DNA of 32,000 nucleotides from Gammaproteobacteria bacterium (GTDB lineage Bacteria; Pseudomonadota; Gammaproteobacteria; JBIOEC01): NCBI GenBank assembly GCA_965279305.1, contig OZ257143.1, positions 1,837,760 to 1,869,759 of the forward strand, read 5' to 3'. Shown piece by piece: positions 25,091 to 32,000 of this stretch (position 1 is its first letter; each line of letters starts with the position of its first letter). The notes under the pieces were generated by a model. It saw only the letters and a program-made list of their open reading frames with translations, ran no database searches and was not told where the DNA came from. The position numbers and the translations under genes were made by a program.

Positions 25091-25777
25091 TTAACCAGCC
25101 ACTGCAGGATTAGCCGATGCTTCTTCTGCCGCTTCTTCTGGTTTTTTATCTCCCAATACTTCGCCTTTGAAAATCCACACTTTTACACCAATAATACCGT
25201 AAGTGGTTTTTGCTTCGGCAACGCCATAATCAATGTCTGCACGGAATGTATGTAAAGGCACACGTCCTTCACGGGTCCATTCTGAGCGCGCAATTTCTGC
25301 ACCACCCAAACGACCACTAACACATATCTTGATCCCTAACGCGCCTAAACGTAATGCAGTGGTTACTGAACGTTTCATAGCACGACGGAACATTACCCGA
25401 CGCTCTAATTGTTGAGCAATATTTTGCGCAACTAAATTAGCATCTAACTCAGGTTTTCTCACTTCTTCGATGGTGATATTCACGGGAACACCAATCATAT
25501 CAGATACTTTTTTGCGTAATGCATCGATGCTGTCGCCTTTTTTACCGATTACACGTCCTGGACGCGCGCAACGCACAATAATATTTGCATTTTTAGCAGG
25601 ACGATTAATAATAACCGCGCTGACGCCTGCTTGGTTTAATTCTTTACGCAAAAAATCGCGTATTTTAATATCACTTGCAACAGTTTTTGCAAAGTTTTTC
25701 TTATCCGCATACCAGCAAGACTGCCAGTCTTTGATAATTCCTAACCGTATACCTGTTGGGTGTACTTTTTGTCCCAT
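25091..25777 (-). CDS. rpsC: 30S ribosomal protein S3
   Basis: [24 protein letters not shown]... Confidence 0.97.
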   Translation of the reverse strand: MGQKVHPTGIRLGIIKDWQSCWYADKKNFAKTVASDIKIRDFLRKELNQAGVSAVIINRPAKNANIIVRCARPGRVIGKKGDSIDALRKKVSDMIGVPVNITIEEVRKPELDANLVAQNIAQQLERRVMFRRAMKRSVTTALRLGALGIKICVSGRLGGAEIARSEWTREGRVPLHTFRADIDYGVAEAKTTYGIIGVKVWIFKGEVLGDKKPEEAAEEASANPAVAG

Positions 25778-25789
25778 GAAATATCTCTC

Positions 25790-26122
25790 TTATTTTTCGG
25801 CCACTGTAATTGTAATATGGCTAGAACGCTTTAAAATTCGCGCTCCGCGTCCTTTTGCTCTTGGTCTCATGCGTTTAAGCATAGGACCTTGATCCACACA
25901 AATTTCTCTTACTTTCAATTCATCAATGTCTGCGCCATCATTATTTTCAGCGTTTGCTACCGCTGACTCTAATAATTTTTTTAGCATCACAGCTGCTTTT
26001 TTGTTGCTAAAAGTTAAAATATCTAACGCACTTTCAACAGCCAAACCACGAATTTGATCGGCAACCAAACGTGCTTTTTGTGGCGATATTTTCGCATGTC
26101 GCAATATTGCTTGAGTGCCCAT
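25790..26122 (-). CDS. rplV: 50S ribosomal protein L22
   Basis: [22 protein letters not shown]...[21 protein letters not shown] 26122 (AGGAG plus an 8-nt spacer) is preferred to the TTG at 26128. Confidence 0.96.
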   Translation of the reverse strand: MGTQAILRHAKISPQKARLVADQIRGLAVESALDILTFSNKKAAVMLKKLLESAVANAENNDGADIDELKVREICVDQGPMLKRMRPRAKGRGARILKRSSHITITVAEK

Positions 26123-26133
26123 AATCAATTCTC

Positions 26134-26472
26134 CTATTTTTTACTACCACCGGCAGGGGCTGCCGCAGGGGCCGCTGCTGCTGGTGTACCACCGGCGGAT
26201 GCGCCAGTTTTCTTATCTCCAGAATGCCCTTTAAATGTTCTTGTAGGGGCAAACTCTCCTAATTTATGACCCACCATATTTTCAGTAACGAAAATAGGTA
26301 CGTGTAAGCGTCCGTTATGTACTGCAATGGTAATACCTACCATTTCAGGCAAAATCATGGATGAACGAGCCCAAGTTTTCACTGGCTTCTTAGAATGCGT
26401 AGCAACTGCTTCGCGAACTTTTTTCATCAAATGTCCTGCAACATAAGGACCTTTTTTAATTGAACGTGGCAT
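26134..26472 (-). CDS. rpsS: 30S ribosomal protein S19 with an Ala/Pro/Gly-rich C-terminal insertion
   Basis: [11 protein letters not shown]...[21 protein letters not shown] is canonical S19, followed by [22 protein letters not shown] and then KK. Confidence 0.96.
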   Translation of the reverse strand: MPRSIKKGPYVAGHLMKKVREAVATHSKKPVKTWARSSMILPEMVGITIAVHNGRLHVPIFVTENMVGHKLGEFAPTRTFKGHSGDKKTGASAGGTPAAAAPAAAPAGGSKK

Positions 26473-26483
26473 AGTGTCTTCCT

Positions 26484-27311
26484 CTACTTCGCGTGTCTTG
26501 AGCGAATAATATCTTTTGTCGTACGTTTATTATGACGCGTACGATACCCTTTTGTTGGAACCCCTGTTGGGCTCACTGGGTGACGACCACCCGATGTACG
26601 ACCTTCACCACCACCGTGAGGGTGATCGACAGGGTTCATGGCCACACCGCGTACGGTAGGACGACGACCGCGCCAGCGAGTCGCACCCGCTTTACCTAAT
26701 ACTCTTAAGTTATGTTCAAAGTTACCTACTTCACCAATAGTGGCACGACAGGTTACAGGAACACGACGTGTTTCGCCAGAGCGTAAACGCACAGTCGCAT
26801 ATCCGCTTTCACGAGACACTAACTGTACAGCAGCGCCCGCGCTACGTGCTAATTGAGCCCCTTTACCAGGACGCATTTCCACGCAATGAATCGTGCTACC
26901 TAATGCAATATTTCCTAAAGGCATGCAATTGCCTACTTTCATCGGTGAATCAGCACCGGATAATACGGTATCGCCTACTGATAAACGTTTAGGAGCGATA
27001 ATATAACGACGTTCGCCATCAGCGTAAAGCAATAATGCAATATGTGCTGTGCGATTAGGATCATATTCCAAACGCTCTACTGTTGCTGGAATACCATCTT
27101 TCGTGCGTTTGAAATCGATCACACGATATTTTTGTTTGTGTCCGCCACCACGATGACGCACGGTAATGCGACCTTGGCTATTACGGCCACCGGTTTTAGA
27201 CTTTTTTTCTAATAAAGCTTTATGAGGCTTTTCTTTACTTAACTCAGGTGTTAATACCTTCACCACTTGGCGTCTACCAGGGGAAGTCGGTCTCATTTTT
27301 ACTGTTGGCAT
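26484..27311 (-). CDS. rplB: 50S ribosomal protein L2
   Basis: 275 aa; ...[22 protein letters not shown]...[14 protein letters not shown]. Confidence 0.97.
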   Translation of the reverse strand: MPTVKMRPTSPGRRQVVKVLTPELSKEKPHKALLEKKSKTGGRNSQGRITVRHRGGGHKQKYRVIDFKRTKDGIPATVERLEYDPNRTAHIALLLYADGERRYIIAPKRLSVGDTVLSGADSPMKVGNCMPLGNIALGSTIHCVEMRPGKGAQLARSAGAAVQLVSRESGYATVRLRSGETRRVPVTCRATIGEVGNFEHNLRVLGKAGATRWRGRRPTVRGVAMNPVDHPHGGGEGRTSGGRHPVSPTGVPTKGYRTRHNKRTTKDIIRSRHAK

Positions 27312-27328
27312 AATCTCACTCTCAAATC

Positions 27329-27625
27329 TTACGCTTGATTAAAATTAATATCGTACCCTTCAGCCAAACTAACATAGGCTTTACGAGTATCACTTCTGCG
27401 ACCTTCGCGAAAACGAAAACGCTTGGTTTTACCTTTTACGTTAACAACGTTAACGTCTAACACTTTTACTTCAAACATTTTTTCAACAGCATCACGTACT
27501 TGCATTTTTGTTGCAGTAGGTGCCACTTTAAAAACGAAACAACGTTTTTTTTCAGCTGACATCATGCTCTTTTCAGACATGACTGGCCCCATTAGCGTCT
27601 TATATTCGTTATATACACGGCTCAT
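27329..27625 (-). CDS. rplW: 50S ribosomal protein L23
   Basis: 98 aa; [29 protein letters not shown]; position between rplD and rplB. Confidence 0.95.
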   Translation of the reverse strand: MSRVYNEYKTLMGPVMSEKSMMSAEKKRCFVFKVAPTATKMQVRDAVEKMFEVKVLDVNVVNVKGKTKRFRFREGRRSDTRKAYVSLAEGYDINFNQA

Positions 27626-28248
27626 GCTAATGACTCCTCTAATTTCTGTAATGCATCTTTAGTTACAATCACATTACCAAAACCCACTAAACTCACGGGG
27701 TCAATCATTGATACGTCAATAACGTCAATGAAAGGAAGATTGCGGGCAGCCAACAATACTTCATCGCTTGGGTTTACTGTGATAATAAGCGCATCTTTCA
27801 TACCTAATTTTGTTGTCCAAGCCAACATTGTTTTGGTTTTACCGTCGGTAACAGGAATACTGTCTACCACTTGTAAACGCTCGGTACGCAATAATTCAGA
27901 TAATATGCTGCGTAACGCACCGCGATACATTTTACGGTTAATTTTTTGGCTATGATCTTGAGGTTTAGCAGCAAAGGTAGTTCCCCCTTTACGCCAAATA
28001 GGGCTACGAATACTACCTGCACGTGCTCTACCTGTACCTTTTTGTTTCCATGGCTTAATACCACCACCACTGACTTCGCCACGTGTTTTTTGCGCACGTG
28101 TACCAGCACGACTACCTGCCATATAAGCGGTAACCACTTGGTGAACCAAACCTTCATTGTAAGGTGCGCTGAAAACAGTCCCACTCATTTCCACCATCTC
28201 TACAGATGCTGTTTTACGACTTTTTCCTGCGGTCTTTTCTGCTTTCAT
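27622..28248 (-). CDS. rplD: 50S ribosomal protein L4
   Basis: [52 protein letters not shown]. Confidence 0.97.
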   Translation of the reverse strand: MKAEKTAGKSRKTASVEMVEMSGTVFSAPYNEGLVHQVVTAYMAGSRAGTRAQKTRGEVSGGGIKPWKQKGTGRARAGSIRSPIWRKGGTTFAAKPQDHSQKINRKMYRGALRSILSELLRTERLQVVDSIPVTDGKTKTMLAWTTKLGMKDALIITVNPSDEVLLAARNLPFIDVIDVSMIDPVSLVGFGNVIVTKDALQKLEESLA

Positions 28249-28263
28249 AATGTCTCCAGACTA

Positions 28264-28917
28264 CTAGGTGGATTTCTTTTTGGTTTTGACCTTGGTACCG
28301 TGATTAATAACCACTTCACCACCACGAGGACCAGGAACCGCGCCTTTCACCATAATTAAATGGCGTTCAGCATCCACATGAATCACTTCTAACGTTTGCA
28401 TGGTACTTTTTTCATTACCATAATGGCCGGTCATTTTCTTTCCTGGAAATGTACGACCAGGACTTTGGTTTTGACCGGTTGAACCAGGAACACGATGCGA
28501 ACGTGAGTTACCATGTGTCGCATCTTGTGTACGGAAATTCCAACGTTTTACAGTACCTGTAAAACCACGACCTTTTGTTGTACCGGTAACGTCAACGACT
28601 TGACCCGGTTCAAAATGTGTTACTAAAAACTGGTCGCCTACATTGGCGGTTACATCGCCTTCAATACGAAATTCTCTTAAGCTACGCGCAGGAGCCACGC
28701 TTGCTTTTTTGAAATGGCCCAATACGCTTTTAGTCATGCATACTGGACGACGTGTTCCAGATGCTACTTGCACAGCGCTGTAGCCTTCTTTCTCTTTTGT
28801 TTTTACTTGAGTGACTGTGTTAGGAGTCACTTCAATAACGGTAACAGGAATCGCTTCACCCGCTTCGGTAAAACGTCTTGTCATCCCTCTTTTAATACCT
28901 ACTAGGCCAATTCCCAT
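28264..28917 (-). CDS. rplC: 50S ribosomal protein L3
   Basis: [27 protein letters not shown]...[14 protein letters not shown]. Confidence 0.97.
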   Translation of the reverse strand: MGIGLVGIKRGMTRRFTEAGEAIPVTVIEVTPNTVTQVKTKEKEGYSAVQVASGTRRPVCMTKSVLGHFKKASVAPARSLREFRIEGDVTANVGDQFLVTHFEPGQVVDVTGTTKGRGFTGTVKRWNFRTQDATHGNSRSHRVPGSTGQNQSPGRTFPGKKMTGHYGNEKSTMQTLEVIHVDAERHLIMVKGAVPGPRGGEVVINHGTKVKTKKKST

Positions 28918-28929
28918 AACTCACTCCAA

Positions 28930-29241
28930 TTAATTCTCTAAGCTAATTTGCACGTCAACGCCGGCCGCTAAATCTAACTTCATTAATGCATCTACTGTTT
29001 TATCAGTAGGATCAATGATGTCTAATAAGCGCTTGTGCGTACGAATTTCATATTGATCACGCGCATCTTTGTTAACGTGCGGAGAAATCAAAATGGTAAA
29101 CTTCTCGATCAATGTGGGCAAAGGAATAGGTCCACGTACACGTGCACCGGTACGCTTTGCAGTTTCCACAATTTCGCGTGTTGATATATCAATAAGACGA
29201 TGATCAAACGCTTTTAATCGAATCCTGATTTTCTGCTGCAT
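28930..29241 (-). CDS. rpsJ: 30S ribosomal protein S10
   Basis: [31 protein letters not shown]... Confidence 0.97.
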   Translation of the reverse strand: MQQKIRIRLKAFDHRLIDISTREIVETAKRTGARVRGPIPLPTLIEKFTILISPHVNKDARDQYEIRTHKRLLDIIDPTDKTVDALMKLDLAAGVDVQISLEN

Positions 29242-29280
29242 AATCTTTATACCTATTAAATTCCTAATCTTCTTATCATC

Positions 29281-29294
29281 CCCGCTTTCGCGGG
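29281..29294 (-). other. GC hairpin with GNRA loop (CCCGC-GAAA-GCGGG) in the tuf-rpsJ spacer
   Basis: Read directly from the sequence. No U-run follows it, so it is not a canonical intrinsic terminator. Confidence 0.4.
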
Positions 29295-29307
29295 GACAAC
29301 AATGTTC

Positions 29308-30498
29308 TTACGCTATTACTTTTGAAACCACACCCGCACCTACTGTTCTTCCACCTTCGCGAATAGCGAAGCGTAAACCTTCTTCCATCGCAATCGGTGC
29401 AATTAACTTCACTACCATCTTCACGTTGTCGCCGGGCATTACCATCTCAACGCCTTCAGGTAAATCGCAAGCACCGGTCACGTCTGTCGTTCTAAAGTAG
29501 AACTGAGGACGGTATCCGTTAAAGAATGGCGTATGACGGCCACCTTCTTCTTTCGATAAAATATACACTTCCGCTTCGAAATGAGTGTGAGGCTTAATAG
29601 AGCCTGGTGCCGCTAATACTTGGCCACGCTCTACTTCTTCACGCTTCGTTCCACGTAATAACACACCTACGTTGTCACCGGCGCGACCTTCGTCAAGCAG
29701 TTTACGGAACATTTCAACACCCGTACAAATCGTTTTAATCGTGTCTTTTAAGCCCACAATCTCAATTTCTTCGCCCACTTTCACCACACCACGCTCTACA
29801 CGACCCGTTACTACGGTACCGCGGCCAGAAATGGAAAACACGTCTTCAATCGGCATTAAGAATGGTTTGTTAATTTCACGCTCTGGCTCTGGAATGTAAT
29901 CATCCATCGCTGCTACTAAGCTAATAATCGCTTTTTCACCGATATCACTATCATCGCCTTGTAATGCTTTTAAAGCAGAGCCGGTAATAATAGGAGTCTT
30001 GTCGCCTGGGAATCCGTAGCTGCTTAACAACTCACGTACTTCCATTTCAACTAATTCTAACAATTCTGGATCGTCAACTTGATCTGCTTTGTTCAAGAAC
30101 ACCACAATGTAAGGAACGCCCACTTGGCGTGCTAACAAAATGTGCTCACGTGTTTGAGGCATTGGACCGTCAGCCGCACTTACCACTAATATCGCGCCAT
30201 CCATCTGTGCCGCACCCGTAATCATGTTCTTTACATAATCCGCGTGACCAGGACAGTCTACGTGTGCATAATGTCTGTTTGCACTTTCGTACTCAACGTG
30301 TGAGGTGTTAATCGTAATACCACGCGCTCTTTCTTCTGGCGCGTTATCAATTCTGTCGTAATCTTTAAACTCTCCACCAAATAACTTCGCCATTACTTTC
30401 GTAATCGCCGCCGTTAATGTCGTTTTACCATGATCTACGTGACCAATAGTTCCCACGTTTAAATGGGGCTTTACTCTCTTAAATGCTTCTTTTGACAT
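29308..30498 (-). CDS. tuf: Elongation factor Tu
   Basis: 396 aa; [18 protein letters not shown] and NKAD G-motifs. Confidence 0.98.
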   Translation of the reverse strand: MSKEAFKRVKPHLNVGTIGHVDHGKTTLTAAITKVMAKLFGGEFKDYDRIDNAPEERARGITINTSHVEYESANRHYAHVDCPGHADYVKNMITGAAQMDGAILVVSAADGPMPQTREHILLARQVGVPYIVVFLNKADQVDDPELLELVEMEVRELLSSYGFPGDKTPIITGSALKALQGDDSDIGEKAIISLVAAMDDYIPEPEREINKPFLMPIEDVFSISGRGTVVTGRVERGVVKVGEEIEIVGLKDTIKTICTGVEMFRKLLDEGRAGDNVGVLLRGTKREEVERGQVLAAPGSIKPHTHFEAEVYILSKEEGGRHTPFFNGYRPQFYFRTTDVTGACDLPEGVEMVMPGDNVKMVVKLIAPIAMEEGLRFAIREGGRTVGAGVVSKVIA

Positions 30499-30531
30499 GG
30501 TTTCACTCCTAATCAGTGACTATTAAAATTA

Positions 30532-32000
30532 TTACGATTTACCTTTGTTAATAACTGCCTCAGCGATACTCGCAGGCGCCTCTTTATAACTACTAAATTC
30601 CATCGTGTATGTCGCACGCCCTTGGGTTTGCGAACGTAAATCCGTAGCATATCCAAACATTTCAGATAATGGCACTTCAGCGCGGATCACTTTACCCGCT
30701 GGGCTGTCTTCCATTCCCTGAACTAAACCGCGACGACGATTTAAATCGCCCATCACGTCACCCATATAATCTTCAGGTGTTACTACTTCTACTTTCATAA
30801 TCGGCTCAAGCAATACAGGAGATGCTTTTTTCGCACCTTCTTTAAAGCACTGAGAACCGGCTATCTTAAACGCCATTTCGTTAGAATCCACATCATGATA
30901 AGAACCATCAAACAGTGTGACTTTAACGTCTACAACAGGGTAGCCCGCCACAATACCATTTTTTAGCTGCTCGGTCACACCTTTATCAACAGCAGGGATA
31001 TATTCTCTTGGAATTACACCACCGACGATAGCGTTCACGAACTCAAAGCCAGCACCTGGTTCACGAGGTTCAATTTTCAACCATACGTGACCGTACTGAC
31101 CACGACCACCACTTTGTCTAATGTATTTACCTTCTTGCTCAACCGCTTTACGAATGGTTTCACGATAAGCCACTTGAGGTTTACCTACATTCGCTTCCAC
31201 GCTAAATTCGCGCTTCATACGATCAACAATAATTTCTAAGTGCAATTCACCCATACCTGAAATAATGGTTTGGCCTGTTTCTTCATCAGTGTGTACACGG
31301 AATGAAGGATCTTCAGCAGCCAATTTGCTTAAAGCAATACCCATTTTTTCTTGATCCGCTTTTGTTTTTGGTTCTACTGCAACCGAAATAACCGGATCAG
31401 GAAATTCCATGCGCTCTAATACAATAATTTTATCGGGATCAGATAATGTGTCACCCGTTGTTGTATTTTTCAAACCTACTGCAGCAGCTATATCGCCTGC
31501 ATGTACTTCTTTAATTTCTTCGCGAGTATTGGCATGCATTTGCAAAATACGACCAATACGTTCGCGTTTATCTTTAACAGAATTCAACAATGTGTCGCCT
31601 GATTTTAAAACACCAGAGTACACACGGAAGAACGTTAAAGTTCCTACGTACGGATCGGTAGCAATTTTAAATGCTAACGCAGAAAAAGGTTCATCATCAA
31701 CAGGACGACGAACAATTTCGCCTTCGCCATCTTCATCTGTTCCTACTGTAGGTGGAACATCTGCAGGTGAAGGTAAATAATCAATTACGCCGTCGAGTAA
31801 TGCTTGAACACCTTTGTTCTTAAATGCACTACCACAAACAACAGGCACTAATTGGCTAGCCAATGTACCAATACGTAAACCTTTTTTAATTTCTTCGTTA
31901 GAAAGCTCGCCGCCTTCTAAATATTTTTCCATTAATTCTTCAGAGGCTTCTGCTGCTGCTTCCACCATCTTTTCACGATATGATTTGCATTCTTCTAACA
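30532..32000 (-). CDS. fusA: Elongation factor G, C-terminal ~490 aa (5' end outside window)
   Basis: The frame stays open to the window edge. The EF-G domain II-V sequence (...[16 protein letters not shown]...) sits upstream of tuf as in the str operon. Confidence 0.97.
   Translation of the reverse strand, partial: LEECKSYREKMVEAAAEASEELMEKYLEGGELSNEEIKKGLRIGTLASQLVPVVCGSAFKNKGVQALLDGVIDYLPSPADVPPTVGTDEDGEGEIVRRPVDDEPFSALAFKIATDPYVGTLTFFRVYSGVLKSGDTLLNSVKDKRERIGRILQMHANTREEIKEVHAGDIAAAVGLKNTTTGDTLSDPDKIIVLERMEFPDPVISVAVEPKTKADQEKMGIALSKLAAEDPSFRVHTDEETGQTIISGMGELHLEIIVDRMKREFSVEANVGKPQVAYRETIRKAVEQEGKYIRQSGGRGQYGHVWLKIEPREPGAGFEFVNAIVGGVIPREYIPAVDKGVTEQLKNGIVAGYPVVDVKVTLFDGSYHDVDSNEMAFKIAGSQCFKEGAKKASPVLLEPIMKVEVVTPEDYMGDVMGDLNRRRGLVQGMEDSPAGKVIRAEVPLSEMFGYATDLRSQTQGRATYTMEFSSYKEAPASIAEAVINKGKS

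Noticed and set aside
16134-31780. Numerous 60-140 aa ORFs antisense to or out of frame with ribosomal protein, rpoA, secY, tuf and fusA genes (for example 17670-18002, 20063-20398, 23314-23691, 25470-25892, 27864-28184, 27946-28359)
   Set aside because: Each is embedded in a highly conserved gene on the opposite strand or in another frame. The translations are low-complexity or Cys/Arg/Thr-rich with no motifs. They are shadow ORFs.
1-32000. Scan of intergenic regions for tRNA, rRNA, tmRNA, transposase, integrase and phage genes
   Set aside because: No cloverleaf-like sequences (no GGTTCGA-type T-arm context) and no mobility-gene ORFs were seen. The islet therefore cannot be called a classical IS, prophage or integrative element from this window.

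Overview
AT-rich gammaproteobacterial chromosome segment built from two conserved blocks that converge on a small accessory islet. The + strand block (1-11545) reads nadB(partial)-sdhE-ygfX-ygfZ, then an accessory insert, then kdsD-kdsC-lptC-lptA-lptB-hpf-rapZ. The insert holds an ankyrin/CaaX membrane protein, a YdfG-like SDR on the opposite strand, and a type III polyketide synthase with a translationally coupled methyltransferase. The - strand block (14802-32000) reads fusA(partial)-tuf, then the S10, spc and alpha ribosomal operons (rpsJ to rplQ, including an unlisted rpmJ), then a PBP5/6-type D-Ala-D-Ala carboxypeptidase. Between the blocks (about 11.55-14.80 kb) lie an orphan HigA-type antitoxin, two F-box-motif genes (one frameshifted) and an overlapping DUF4160/DUF2442 pair. 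Inverted copies of a REP-like hairpin element whose inner stems differ by compensatory changes bound this islet, with a second hairpin repeat family nested inside. Synteny deviations: no rpoN or ptsN between lptB and rapZ, no rpsD between rpsK and rpoA, and a GC-rich Ala/Pro insertion in ribosomal protein S19. Ankyrin, CaaX and F-box features together with the missing rpoN suggest an intracellular, amoeba- or host-associated Legionellales/Coxiellales-like lineage, but that is inference only. I found no rRNA, tRNA, CRISPR array, transposase or integrase.
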